Translations under genes and position numbers: made by a program
Assembly (NCBI RefSeq): GCF_964204645.1
Contig: NC_134029.1
Location: forward strand, 2,356,001 to 2,420,000
Source of the DNA: Tubulanus polymorphus
Lineage: Eukaryota; Animalia; Nemertea
Length of the DNA: 64,000 nucleotides
Direction: 5' to 3'
Part shown: piece by piece, positions 1 through 14,520 of the stretch
Layout of the letters: each line of letters starts with the position of its first letter
Position numbering within the stretch: the stretch's first letter is position 1
Notes under the pieces: model-generated
What the model saw: the letters and a program-made list of their open reading frames with translations, nothing else
Databases searched by the model: none
Told to the model about the DNA's origin: nothing

Positions 1-2679
1 TCAGTTGATGAGGAGGTACGCTTCAATACGTCATGTAATGAACTGAATGTAGTTTGTATTCACATCAAGATTATAAATCATTAGCAATTCGCTGACAGTC
101 GATTTAATTACACTCTACTAGTCAAATAGAACTCTTTTTTTTCAGCACAAAGTCGACTAAATTGCCTCTGTTACGCGCAGCACTGACCAAGATGTCTCAA
201 CCAGTGTTTCATTTGACCGCCAATTGACCGGCACTTGAGTGGTTGAACCATGGACTCTGAGTCCATGATATGAGGAGTTCTATAATCTCAGCGAGTGAAT
301 TATATTTGTGTAAATACCCCCTTCTCCCTCCCTCCCTTCGTTCCTCCCTTCTCATTGTATGCGGGTATAAGCGATATAATAAATCACATCAAACTCGAAC
401 ACTCTACTGACCGGAACCTGGCACAGACTCTTATGAAATGATGAAAAAAAAACAAAACCACAATCAATTGTAAAGTAGTTTAATGTCTCACCGATATCAA
501 GTACACTATTGGAATATTTTCTGTATTGATTTTGGAATCTCGTGGGAAGTGAATATCGAGTTCAAAACCCCAGAAACGATTAATGCCGGAACTTTCTGGT
601 ACTTCCTTGCTCGAAAACATGCATATTCTTTGTTTCCGAGCTTTTTGTGTGTTTTGTTTTAATGTCAAAACTTGCTTCCTCATAATCTAAGAAAGTCTTT
701 GACATTTCGATGAAATTCGTTTTATCGTCGATTTCTCTCTATTTTATCCTGGATCTTGTTCTAGCGAATCTCGAACAAGTTTCTATGAAAGAAGCTCTAG
801 ACAAATAGGTCGTTTTCTCATCAAGTGATTTTTCTCTTTCGATGGAAAGAACACGGTTTTGCTCGGTGTATTGAATTTTTTCCTCTCTGTCTTTTTCTCT
901 TCGTCTACGAAAAAAATTCCCCATCGATCAAAATGCACCGACGGACGACAAATTGTAGCCCTTTCGACTGAAACGATGCGCCGCCAAACCGTTCATTACT
1001 CTCTATTACAAATTCAACGCGGACTGAAGGAGTTTATCGCAGTTTTCCCCGATGGATTTCAACCGTCTCTCACCCGTTTGGCGAAGCGATTCAAATCTAG
1101 CTTTTTACCATTCTTCGTCGTTGACAAAAGAAGTTAGCGAACGAAACGCCGGGCATAAAAACTGCCGTATACGAGGCGGGTGATAGTGTAAATTACGTAT
1201 TAGTATTCCGATCCTGTATTACGGGTATTCATTGATATCGGAATACATAGAAATGGTCACGAACGTCGCATCAGTTTAATGAATTTGTAACTTCTTGATG
1301 GCTGTCATCGCGAATAAACGGACCGAACCAGTAAAGCCTGATGGATAGCTCTAGTTTCCTTATCGCTATTAACCCCTCGTCAACTAGATTTGCGCCGTTT
1401 ACGTTTCGTGATCTATTCAAAGCCGCGCCGGCGCCCGATTTGAAATTTTCTTTTTCAAACGAATGAATATTGAACGATATTGAAACCGATTTTAGATACG
1501 CGCACGGTACGAGATATCACCACCGCCGCCGCCGCCGCCAAATAGACGGTAGTTTAATGTGAAAGGAAAGTGAAAGCCAATTATAGGATTTTGTTTACTG
1601 ATCGAATTGATGAATGATGCTGTGTTTGTTTGATGTCGGCGTGCGGGAACGACTAGATGAGTCTCGGAGACCAACCGTGTCCGGCTGAATGCGCTAATAC
1701 GCTGCTGGGTCTCTGACATTAAAACCGTGTGACTCGCCACTGGAGCGCATTTTTTCCTGCATTCATCATTTTCCAGTTGCTAACTGTTTGTGATGTGCGT
1801 TCAACGGGAAATAGTATTCACAAGTTATTCACGGCTGCAGTAAAGACTGCATGTTTACCGCTGGTTGCGTCGATCGTGAAATGTTGTCGTCACTGTTTAG
1901 AGAAAATGCTAGAAGTCAATGAATGTGAAAGTAAAGACATTCTATATACGGTGCATCAAAATACATCCAACTCCTTGTCTGTGACAAATTTCATTACTGT
2001 TCAATCGATGAGGCACAAACATGGAAGGGCAAGGGCCGATTGCAAGAATAACCATCTTTTTATTCCAGCATAGGGTCTTCGGGGCTTGGTGGATAGGAAG
2101 TAGAGACTGACGCGTTCGAGTCCCAGTAAAACCATGCAATTTGATCGGGACAGTGTCGGTGTTGCCCAACTCATTGATTTATCAACAAAAGTCCAACTTC
2201 CTCTGTGCAATTTTAGGACCAGGACCCCCATTCAGTCTCACAGATACCGATCTCAACCGATCGCACTGAAAAACATAATTCCATGCATTCTAGAATTTCT
2301 CTTTGGTTCACTTGTGCTAAGAACTTCGATTGGCATTGCTCGAGTGAAACTGAAGAATATGACCTATCAATCTACAAATAGTAAGTATTTGAATAAAATG
2401 CACATTTCCTGAGCCCAATCCGATCTATTGGACGCCATCGATCTTTTCCCAAACGCACCTGGGTATTAGCCAAGCTACTGCGTGTCTATATTGGTTTTGA
2501 GTCTCTATTTAAATTGCCTTGATTCATATTCCAACCTGAGGTCGATGTTCCGTTCAATTCTATATTTAATAATAACGCGATTTACTGATTTACAGTAATT
2601 TCATATCAGCCTCTGTTGACGTAGGTTTCAAATTTCACGTCTAATTCAGAGGTTATTTAAGTATAATACATCAAACATA

Positions 2680-2750
2680 CAAGAGAGAGAATAGAGAGAG
2701 AGAAAGGGAGAGAAAGAGAGAGAGAGAGAGAGGAGGAGAGAGAGAGAGAT
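2680..2750 (+). repeat. GA-rich microsatellite
   Basis: Imperfect (GA)n seen directly. Confidence 0.85.
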
Positions 2751-4021
2751 CAGTTTCATTCGTTTTGATGCCGCTATATCAATTTCTCTGAAATACAAAT
2801 TCATTAAATCTTTCACAAATAGATTTTTTATTTATTTTCATCTAAAAATATAAGCTGGAAATTAAATTTCGTTTGGCATAACACAAAATCCTTGACATTA
2901 ACTGAGAAAATCAGTTCAGAACCTTTTCATAACGACTATAGCCTTCCACAGTTCCCGGTTCTACAGATTTGTTGTCAGTTTTAAGTTGGACTAATAGAGT
3001 TGAAATTATTTCATTTCAAATGTTTCAACTGTAGATTCAGACTTAAATCTAAAATGTTGGTAATTGAATCAAACTCAAGTCGTCATTGGAAAAGTCGGGT
3101 CTATTTTGGAGTCGGCAAGTTCGAGTATTTCGAATCCAATTCAATTTACCTGAGCATAAGACGGCATTTTGTCGTAAGTCGTCAACATAATGATCGTCTC
3201 AACCACGACGACATTTCGGTATCTAATTAGTGACAAAGCCCTGAATAAACGGAATAAACCAACAATGACAATTTAATGTTTCTACAGTGGCTATATTTAG
3301 GAGGTAACGGATTGTTGGCGATGTGTTTCTGGTTCTACCGTCGCAGACTGTGTTGATTGATGGAGGACTGGGATTACACACTTGTATACCGGGGACGACT
3401 CAGTGATGACGCCGATGTTTTTTTTTCTCTCACTCTCTCTCTCGTGCGAATACAACGACAAATTAACATCGGTCAGTCAGCGAGTGTTGCGTAATAATGG
3501 ACGTAATGCTGACGAATAGTGAAATAATTACATTTTCTACGCGCTGAAAGCCGGTGTTTATCAATGGATCCGTCGCTGTCTGACAGATATAGGAAGCCAC
3601 AAGATATCGCGCTATCATCGGATACCTACTGACGAGAGATAAATAAATGCCGTTAGCGGAACAACATTTTTATCATCAACCCGACTGACTGCGTTTCTAT
3701 CCCGAATCGTAGAAATGTATCGTGCGAAAAACGCTTTGAAATCCAAATTTCAGTCAGTTTCCCGTTTAAATAGAATTTCGATTATGTGTTCAAGGTGCGT
3801 GTACTTAGTGTGCATCCTTGATGATCGAATTCAAAGATAAAACACTCATCACTTATATATACAGAATCTAAAATGGAGTGGAGTTTGTTATTTGTGTCGT
3901 AGGTAGTTTCGTCTCCGCTTTATTTGTTTGTTTGTGACTGAATATCCTGCAGGCTAATTTGGTCAATAGAAGGGCGACGTGGTTTATGTGTAGACGTAGG
4001 AAATTAAAGTCCCCATCGAGT

Positions 4022-4404
4022 GAGAGGGAGAGGGAGAGGGAGAGGGAGAGGGAGAGGGAGAGGGAGAGGGAGAGGGAGAGGGAGAGGGAGAGGGAGAGGG
4101 AGAGGGAGAGGGAGAGGGAGAGGGAGAGGGAGAGGGAGAGGGAGAGGGAGAGGGAGAGGGAGAGGGAGAGGGAGAGGGAAAGGGAGAGGGAGGGGAGAGG
4201 GAGAGGGAGAGGGAGAGGGAGAGGGAGAGGGAGAGGGAGAGGGAGAGGGAGAGGGAGAGGGAGAGGGAGAGGGAGAGGGAGAGGGAGAGGGAGAGGGAGA
4301 GGGAGAGGGAGAGGGAGGGGAGGGGAGGGGAGAGGGAGAGGGAGAGGGAGAGGGAGAGGGAGAGGGAGAGGGAGAGGGAGAGGGAGAGGGAGAGGGAGAG
4401 GGAG
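4022..4404 (+). repeat. (GAGAGG)n hexamer microsatellite, ~380 bp
   Basis: Near-perfect tandem GAGAGG with a few GAGGG/GGGAAA interruptions; explains the poly-RE/RG/PL/SP ORFs. Confidence 0.98.
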
Positions 4405-7400
4405 CGGCAGTTGTACATAAAAATTGTGCCTCAATGGCGGAAAATCCTCGCTCTCATCGGCCGCTATTGCGAGCTATTGTCACATCCTATTACGGGGATT
4501 TTACAGTAATTGTATGGGTCAGAGATCGTGCTTCCATTAAGGATTAGGGATACGGGCAGGATTAAGATGGTCAATTGATTCGCTACGCTCCGCACGGATC
4601 GATAGAAGATTTAACGCCGTGTGTGAACAGCTTCACAATGCAGGATTACAGGATCGATGCTCGTTCGAGAAGCGCCATCCACAGTAAAATTAACCTGACA
4701 TCCCGTCTATCTCACTGAGGAGGTTATTTGTAAGATTACTATGGATTTTTGTTACCGAACAAAATCACTTGATTCATAATTCTATACACACGTCACGTGA
4801 TTACTCTTACGTTCGACTGTGGCAATCGAGGATTCCGCTTGTGGCAATCGAGGATCCACGAGGTGTCGCTGGTGTGCGTTTGGACAAAGATGACGGATTT
4901 CTTCTGATTCAACTAAAATCTATCCATTATTACTCAAATTCAATGAATGATGAATCGCGCAACTTGAACCAAGTTGATCGGGATTCGTGATTTACCGCGG
5001 TAATATGTTATAAAGTGCAGGGATCTAGCTCGGGTGGGACGGGTCGTTTAGATCACTGTAAACGGTTTACTCCAACCTGAAATTCACCTTAAGCGTCCGA
5101 TTCACCTTTGTCATCATTCTCTAGTTGGAGTCTTTCGAATGCGTTGACTCATTTCTCAGGCTTTACAAAAGAAAGAGATAGCTACGAAGCCCTTAACGTT
5201 TTTTATCGAACGACGACCAACTGAATAAACAACAGTCTCCGAGTCACTGACAATCCACTCGCGCACTACTCATACGCGTGACGGATGTCAAGGTCGGATC
5301 ATATTGAGTACTATCTCGACTTTGGGTTGTTTTTTGGACGAACGGAAAAGGTTTTTATTAACGTCGTGACCATTAAAGCCTCGGTAGCGCTGTTAGTCAT
5401 AACACGGTGCGCCGAGTGACTGAGGTATCGTATCCACTCATCTAATATTTATGACGAAAACTGCGCCGCTAGCACCGGTACAATAACAGTTATAAGGATC
5501 GTTTTCACTGGATATTATCATTATCGTAGATGAGAGTTGTGTCAGCGTGACCTGAGGTCAGCGTGAAAGATACCTGAGTAACGATTCACGCCAGTGAAGT
5601 GGTACTCATATCTATATTTCGCTAACAGGTGATCATGAACTCCGGTCCTTCAACCGAAATCACTGATCTGCCATATTCTTAAAGATTTGTCGATCTATTC
5701 TCCGGATCAGCCTCGTCTCAACTAAATCACATACTCATCTTTTTTCGGGTTCTATGACCCGCGGTTAATTCCGGGTTGTTTTTTTTTTCAAATTTCACTT
5801 CAGGCGGTACCCATTATGCAAATGGTATGGGATGGAAGTGCTCCTGAGCCACTCCCGAAAATATACATCAAAAACTATTGTCAAAAGAGCCTCACAACCT
5901 CGCGGCGGTAACACATATATAACCCGCTCTCCGACCTGGAAGTTATTCTTATTTATGTCTCTCGTTTACTGATATTTTCTTTTATGTCAAGAATATCATT
6001 TCATATCGCTCAAAGCTGTTTGTAATGAAGACATCGAAGCCAGAAAGATCTCTAACCTGGTGCTGTGACGTCATACTTATCTAAATGAAATGTTGCCCGA
6101 GGATGTGACCTCTAACTCCTATATGTCAAACAGGAACCACGAGTGAACTGATCATCCATATCTCCGATCGTTATTACTGATTACCAGTTTATTTCGATGT
6201 ATTTTTATGGATGTATTTGTGTTCGTCGCTACTTATAGATATCCATTTCCCAAATGATCTTAAATCAATTAAATAACTTTTATCTTGATTCGATCTTGAA
6301 ATAGATACATTGAGTTCAATCTCTATGTGTATACGTTTATCATGTAGTTTGAAGCCAGTGCTTTTAAAGTGTTTGTAGTTGAATATTCGCGCAATAAGAC
6401 GAACTGTTTTCTGATGTTTTAATCTAAAGGGTAAAGGGTAACGGGTAATCAATTGATTGTATGAATTTTCAATCGATTTGAAGCCGATCGAATCGTGATT
6501 AACGCTGGTCACGCGAATCGAGTGCGTTTAAGTCATCGATCGCAAATTTTCTTGTAGATTGAAATTTAGAATTCATTTCAATGCGTATTGATTAGATATA
6601 GCGACACAAAAGATACGTCTCAGCAACAGCTCCGATGGGCAATCGGGCATGTCCTAATTTCCGTTTGTATTACGGGTGAGTGTTAAAGGATGAAATTACA
6701 CGGATGTAACATTTCGAATTTCCGAAATGCGATTTATATTTCTCTTGCAGCGCCAGACAAGGCTGAGATGAACTAGAGTCTGTTAAGACTGTATAGGTGT
6801 TTGGCAATTAGGGAGAACCCGATCCAAACATCAAATCTATTTTTCAAAATAGCGATCTCTTACAACTCAGCTCATGTAATATAAACTTTATATTCAAAAA
6901 ACTTGGAATATAGATCCGAAATACTTAGATCCAACAAAACTGAAACAAAACATTGATAACGCAAGATTAAGCGAATAGAAAATTGTTTTTAGCTCAGAAT
7001 TGATTCTCGAGAATGTGCTGTCATCTCGGTCTGTGACATTCAGAGGATTTGTGAATAATAGATATCATCGAGTTCACGAACACATTCTGTAACGTGTTTG
7101 TTGTTTACAGGATTCAGTCCTAGTCGATGACTCGAAAAATAGCTAGGAAATCTTTGCACAAGAGCTTCATTCCAATCTTTTTCCTCCAGAAACTGTAGAA
7201 CTGAAATCCATGCATGAAATCATCCTTTTTTCCTAAAGTGATAACAATTGATTTCCCTAAATTAAGGTCTTGCCTCAGTGGATATTGATTTTAAAGCGTT
7301 TGTGTATTGTAGCTAATTCTAGCCTAGGCGTGTGGTGCAGAATCGAACATTCAGTGAATCGTGAACGAACAAATATCGTTAGTGAAACTATAATATAAAG

Positions 7401-10239
7401 CATTATTCGTCATCTGCTGATGTTTTATTGAGAGAGAAAGAAAGAAAGCGCGTTATTATTAAAACCTGATGCGAACCGCGACAGCCACAAACACCGTGCA
7501 AAACACTGATAATGACACTGAAAGTAATTAAAGGCAGTCGTTCAAATGGAATTCTCTTCTAATTGCCGTGCGGCGAACTAACGAACCATGTATGAATGTG
7601 TCTGCTGATGAAATGAGACTGAAGGGAGTGTTTTCTATGTTGCCGCTCTAGACTTATAATCCGTATGTTACTTTGACTCATGTTGAAACCGACAGAAGGG
7701 TTAAAAAGTGCATATGCCAGGAAATATCTTCTCTGTGTGGTTATTTGTATTTTTGCCATAATATGTTGTTTCTGGTGGATGGACAAATGGTTTCATCTCT
7801 GGTAGCTCGTCTTTAGAGTGTAGATTCTTAAGCAGTTATTTGCGTATGGGAGGACAACATAGCGCTTCGTAGAAACCGAAACCGTTAGTCAACTATTTAC
7901 AAATGCTATTCATTTTAGATTTCAAATCTTCCTACAATGGAAATCGAGCTAATACATTTTTCGAGAGACTAAGCCACGGAAAACATTCCAAGCCTGAAAT
8001 TTCGTTTTCAAATGAGCTATTGCTGCAGGTAGGTATCTGTCCTCTACTTAGCGAAATATTCTAATTTGCTCGCTTCCCTGTGGCTACTACGCAATGCGGA
8101 GCAGTCCCACTTAGGGGCTCGAATACTTTTGACTATGATCGGCCGTTTCTGTATTGTGGTTCATGGAATCGTTCCGATATGTGTACCTTCGATATTTTCT
8201 ATTTCAATAAAAAAAACCACAAAAAAAAACATAAAAAGCTGAATGACGTCGTTTGTTTCCGACGAAATGAAACATGCCCGGTTGTGCTTCGCGGCTGCTC
8301 CGCAGATTCCATGAGTTTACAGGTGAAAACATCTGTTTCAGTGAAATCACCCGCCGTCTTCTCCCATATAAACTACATCTGTCTAACCCGAACCTAATGG
8401 TATTTATTGTTTTTTTCCTCTATTCAACGATAACGAAGAAAATATGTGTGAAAGTACATTATTCCTTCTAAAAATAACCGTCTATTACTGGCTCATATTA
8501 CCACATGTATCGTTGAAAATAAATCAATGAAAATTCACGAGCGAATAATGATTTCATGGGGTTCGAACCTACCTACCCATGATCGATCCATATGACGGGA
8601 TTCGACCCAGCCGATTCGACTGATCATTAACCATCGTGACCCAAGCATCCTCCCACCCATACACTGAAGCTGTCTATTTCTGTGCAAACCCTCGTCTACA
8701 GGTAGCAATTACGAGAGCTAATCTATTTTTTAGTTGACAACCTTGCCTCCTATTCAGCGCTGGTTTCCGGAGTCGAGGATGATAATACACCAGTACAATT
8801 GAATATGTATAGCTGGCATCAAAGTCTATTTACCGAACCCCCCCCCCCCCGTGTTACTGATGAACAGAGGACGATCTATTTGATTTCCGGAGCGAGTTCG
8901 TATCTTTCATATGAAGTATTTGTTTTCTGCTCGATTAAGTTGAATTCGTGTTATACTCGTATGAAAGTTGCCTATGGCGATATACTGCGCTGCGCATCAT
9001 AGATCAATGACCCTAATCTGTTTGCAATATCCGCGTCTGTCTCTCTCTCTCTCTTTCAGCGATACTAATATTGAAGCCTCGCAGATATTTCGTTTGTCTA
9101 GTTGCAGGTGATATTATATTCGGGTCGATCTCCCGAGTATCATGTGTTTCTCGGATGCTGATCGAATAAGGCTTACTAAGTAGAGGCTCACGATACACTT
9201 GTTGTTTCCGAAACTGGAAAATATCGATGCGGAAAAAATGTTTTCTTCTTTCTAGAGGCTAATCATGTCGGGAGACTAGATTACAATGCATTTACGACTA
9301 GCCAAAAGCGAGACGGCGACGACGCACTGAAGAGTGAAAATCAAAAAGTTCTTATTTGTAAATTAAACCTTTAAATTGATTCCTAGCATATACAGCCACC
9401 GGCGTTTAACAGTGATACGGGCGTCATTTTCCAAGCGCGAATGTGAATCGGTTTTTGGATACCGGGAACGTGTGCAATAGAAGTAACTATTGGTGAAACA
9501 GTCTGAGACGGCGTGTTGTAACGATGATATAAAATCCCGCACTGAGTCCGAAAAGTTTCCTTCAGCTATAAGAGTTTATTCAAAGTTTCGACTTTATGCT
9601 ATTCGGGAATGCTATTATGTTATAGAATGCGATAGAAGTATCGCTGTAGTTACCTTAGTCAGTGTGCCCAATTCACGAAATGTCTTACACGTCACACAGT
9701 GTTGAGTAAGATCAGGATTCTAGACCTGTCTCCACTCGACGGTCTAGAAATGCTCGGTAATCGTTTGTGCGGGAAATGAGCTGAAAAGCTCGCATTGATT
9801 GCCTCCATCTTGTTAAATACCTAGAGAATACGACTCTTTCCCGGGCAGAAAGTTTTATGGCTCTCTTTTATGGCATCCTGACGGCGTTTTGTATGATTTC
9901 TGTCGATTTCTGGGATTTACGGTTATTTAAAGGTTGCTGTGATTTCGTACATCTTTGCATTTGGTTAATTGGATCGACTGTCGACTCACCAAGTGGACGA
10001 CTCTGATCCAGCGATAAAACCGATACTTCGCCCGCTCTCTACAGCTCTTAAAACTGTCTCTGTCTCCTTTTCGATTTTACTGTGATACGGACAACATTGA
10101 TTTTACTCATACCATTTGACATTCAGAGGGGGATTGATAGATAGTCTCTTTATTTAATTATTACTGTTATTAGAATGACAGAGATGTTTTTAGACGATAC
10201 CACGACTACAAAGTTAACGATGCGTATCACATATCAATG

Positions 10240-10335
10240 TCTGCTGGTGCTGCAGCTACTGCCACTGTCAGTGCCACTGCTGGTGCTGCTGGTGCTGCTG
10301 CGGCTGCTTCTGTTGGTGCTGGTGCTGCTGGTGAT
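10240..10335 (+). repeat. (GCT/GGT)n triplet repeat
   Basis: gctggtgctgct... seen directly; shorter (CTG)n tracts also at ~43346, ~53928, ~57215 and ~58180. Confidence 0.85.
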
Positions 10336-10599
10336 AACTGGGTACAGTCCTTTAACATCATATCTGACGGACGCTTGACTGCACCGATAATAGGTACAAA
10401 TTATCAAAATGATCAGATCAGTATAACCCAGTTACTGGAAGCTGAATCAATATATCATCGTTCAGCACTATGGATGAACGCGGCTCTCTGCCCGGTAGAC
10501 GGAAATATCATCTCGCGTATTATTGAAAATGTTACGTTATTTATATCACGTCCAGCTGTGTCTGGCGCGTGACTCAGGTATTATAAGCCAGGCTTAGTT

Positions 10600-10888
10600 T
10601 GTTTGTGACAAGTATTCCAGAAAAGGTGCTGCGTAGATCTCTCGCTTCTTCTTGAGTTCACATGAAAAAAAACAAACTTTTGAAATGCTTAATTCGGCTA
10701 TCAAACCCTGGCAAGCGAGGACCAGCCTACGTTGTATATTTTCGTTGTATTGGGCTACCGGTCATTTTTTGTGAGTGACGTTTTGTTTTGTCTTGTATTG
10801 TATTATTATCGCTATTAACTTATCTGATCCTAGGAAGACGTGTGTACTTAACGGAATTAATAAAGATTAATTGACTTGAATTGATTCG
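10600..10888 (+). mobile_element. Probable LINE 3' UTR/tail relic
   Basis: T-rich stretch then aataaagattaattgacttgaattgatt, the same tail style as the 29.6 and 36.5 kb copies; no clear coding motif. Confidence 0.3.
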
Positions 10889-13800
10889 TTATATAGAACT
10901 GTCACGGTTCGGTATTCCCACTGTGGCACGCGAGTTATTTAAGTCTGAACCAGTTCATTCTATCAACGCTAAAGCTTTTTTGATGAACAAACTGCTTTTG
11001 ACAAACAGGTTTCTAAGCCACTTATAATAGAACTAGGCTTAAGTCGTTTTCTCAGATATCGATGAATTGAAATGAAAACCTGAGCCAGCGGAGGCGACTA
11101 ACGACTTTCTATAAACCAGCTATAAATTCTAGGCACAATTTCCAATTACAGGTGAAGAGATAAACATAGATATAAACAATACCTTGTTATTTTCATCAGC
11201 ATCGGACCTGATATGAGCCACTGAAAGTGCCGTGTTCCCCGATCTCACTAGCAGGACATCAAACCTGTGGTGATACCACTAAATTACTGTTACTGAACCC
11301 TTTCGAGATTAACTTTTAATGTAGCATCTTTATGAGTCTGATTATTCTATTATTGTCTGATTCCGTGAAGTTGTGATATGAGAAATAGCAATAATATTGA
11401 AAATATGAAATATCTTAAAAAAGGGTTTCGTGTATATCGAGATTCTACCCGTGACGTCACAGTGTTCCTTTACTTCTTCAATTCCTCTGCGTTTTTCAGA
11501 TTTTCTTAAATTTCTCCACGTTTGTTCCACCTATGACGTAAGGAAAACATACGCAAGAAGTGTTCGCTTCTAATAGATTGAGAATTTTGTTATTGTTTCC
11601 CATGTGACAATTTTTTTCTGTTACACTTTCAAAAGGGGAAACTATCAGAGATCATAAAACTAGAAACGGCGTCGCAGCCGCGGTTGTGATGGTGCTTGAT
11701 AAATGCGTAGTCATGATTTATGGCGTTATTGCTATTGTTCGGTTACTTCTTGTCGGGAAATAAAAGGTAGAAACGGGGCGGGTTTATGGAGGTTTTTCTG
11801 GCGGTTTGTTGACCGGTTACTGCGTCTAAATACGGCAATCTGAGCGGTTTAATGGCCGCAATTACGATAGAAATCACTTGCGCGCGATCAACGCAGTTAT
11901 AGCGTTTTCACACCATTCTATATAGATTCAGTCTGTATTGCGTTCAGATAGGCATAAAGTGAGTCGGTTTTCTGATACGCTAAAATATCAGTTTTAGTGA
12001 GCTTACTAGGATATTTTATATTCAAAAATTAAATAACCTAGATTTAACAATGAAAATCGTTCGCACGGTCAAAATTCAGTTGCTCAAATATCTATGTTTT
12101 TGTAACGATAAGCTTATTAAGGTGATTTGTTGTCATTTCATTACAAAATATCATTGAGTTTTCCCATGATATAGCTAGCAATGTTTAATATAATTATCTA
12201 TGTATGATTGTGCAGGAGTCAGTTGTTGCCAAAAACTGAAAATGAAATATGAAGACGTAGTTTAACGTGTCTGTGTGCCGGTTGATGACGGTTTTTGAAC
12301 GATCTAATTTGTCCAGTGTTCCCCAGTACAAGTCAAGGACAACCAATAATCATTCCGCATTGTGAATTGTGGTATTAATCAGTTTCGTGGTCAGTAATTG
12401 AAATTTCCGCAATTCCCATCGACCTAACTCGTCATAACGTGTTCATTGACCCTCTGGTGCAAATTTGATTTACTCATTAATCTGATAATTGAATCATATG
12501 TACACATCTTAACGTCTCCTGCGCCTCGTATGAGCAGATTTCGTCTCTTCTTCTCTACTGGACGTTAATCACATGCACCGTAATTATCTCATTTAAGATG
12601 GACGCCGTAAATAACTAAACCTGACAGATTGATGATGGACAGGAAACATGATCTATCTGAGCATCATCTTCTACCATATGCTTCTTACCAGGAACCCTAG
12701 AAATGTCCATGAGTATATATAACGTATTATCATGACTTCAGGATAAAACATTGAGAATTAACTAATTTCAAGTCAAACCTAATCCGAGAACTGCTGAAAG
12801 ATCCAGAAGCTGCACATTGATTAAATATAGTGGTATAAATGAGGTCCCACGAGTAAAGGATTCCTATCTATTGAAGTACTGTACACAAGAGACAATTGCT
12901 ATATATAGTTTGAGGTGTCAATACCGACTTGACGACATCATTTCACTTATGGTGTCCATAGCTCCCCCGTAAACACAAAAGGGGAAGCATCCCAGCGGAG
13001 CTTCGCGGGAACTGTTCAACCACTCGTAATCAGCAGGCACTAGTGGTCTTCAATTAGTTAGTATGTCAGGTGCAATAACCTCTTCATTGATCACGCTGTC
13101 ACTTATGACCGGTACCTTTCCACACGAGCGCTCAATTGTTCGTTCATCTCGCGTGCTGAATTTGGTTTCGTTGATGCAGAAGAAGCACAGAAACCAAAAC
13201 AAGCTTTTCCTTTATATATATATATATCGAAGCTGATTGCGGTCTGGTGCCGTCATACCGCTATCCGGGCCACACAAGGTTACATAATGCCCAACAAAAA
13301 TCTCGGAAATACCTGAAAAATCTAAAAACGGTATGAGACGAGGTATGTTGGCATTTTTGTCTATTTCACTTTTCAAAGTCTTTACCGATCACCTCACCGC
13401 ACCAGACATCGTTAGGCAATGCACTGGTCCACCTTGTTTTTACATCGGTTTTATTTATACCCCAGTAACACGAGTAACATACGGTGAAATTCAATGTCAC
13501 TGTTGTCATTGCGAACAGTAGAGCATTAGTAACTACAATGAAGAAACATGATTCTCTACTATATGCATAACTCATTGACAAGATTGTTACAGTAATCTCT
13601 TCAAAGCAATTATTGGTACGCGTTCTTCCTTTTACTAGACGTTTATGGCACGGCAGTAACATGTACCATCCTCCGTACTGAGAGCAGCGGGATGGATATA
13701 ACCTAGGGCGATCCGCATTTACGCGCAACTTACCAAGTAGACAAGGAAATGCTAAAGTGGTCTTAAATTCCATATCCGACGGCTATGTTGTGCAATTTTA

Positions 13801-14089
13801 TTTGCTATATTGCATGTGTGTGATAGAGTATGATGGCCAATTTGGTTCATCTAAGAGGTACCGCCAACTAGATTAGCGTGCGCTGGTCAGTGGTGTTTAT
13901 TCCCTGTGAGTTTCTTAGCCACTGCATTTCCTCTTCGGCTTAGGCCTAAGCGTTTATCCATAATGCATGGTCGAGCTTGCGTTAACTGCTCTATTGCATT
14001 GAAACGCCCGTGCGTGTGGATTTTCTTGTGTCATTGCTCCTGATGCTGTTACCAGGGACAACAGCATTCAGCGCACCGATTCAGGTGAA

Positions 14090-14520
14090 GCTACTATCGG
14101 GAGAAACATTTTTTCCGAATCATCGGAACGAAAAAAAGTCGCTATAGTTTTTTTAATGGATTGGGTACCACCCAAAACAGGCCCGTGGCCAGCCATTACG
14201 TTGTGGGATTCAACTTCCACGAGAAAGTTTACTTTTTCTAAGGCGCACACGCTAATGGTGCGTTGTTGAATCGGGGTCCTGGTATGCTACTCCAGAAAGG
14301 TCGTGAACATTGGATCGAAATAGGAGCGATTTCAGACTCAGTTTATTGGGGTAAAGATGGAAGAAGACCAACTTAATTTTCCGACAATTTGGCCGCGAAT
14401 CAATAGTGAGATTGAAAGGATAAGGAGAATTTGCTGCCATCAGGGTGGACCCCTAAATACGGGCCTGCATAACTATGGATGGTTAAAAATAGAATACGAA
14501 TAAGTTTATTTGATTGTTAT
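14090..14520 (+). mobile_element. Possible RTE-type LINE C-terminal relic
   Basis: MDWVPPK/frameshift/ARGQPLR resembles the W-x-P...RxRGRP motif of RTE ORF C-termini; weak. Confidence 0.25.

Noticed and set aside
3868-4547. Long ORFs encoding poly-RE/RG/PL/SP/GE (also 50023-50721, 56257-56621, 26375-26725)
   Set aside because: They are open only because the microsatellites lack stop codons; no domain or splice support.
6735-8036. Isolated splice-like signals (acceptors ~6750 and ~7110; donor CAG|GTAGGT ~8028; others at 40864, 43479 and 57970)
   Set aside because: They could be small UTR exons but cannot be separated from chance matches without transcript data.
10175-10572. Ala/Gly-rich and Leu-rich ORFs
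   Set aside because: Translations of the (GCT/GGT)n repeat.
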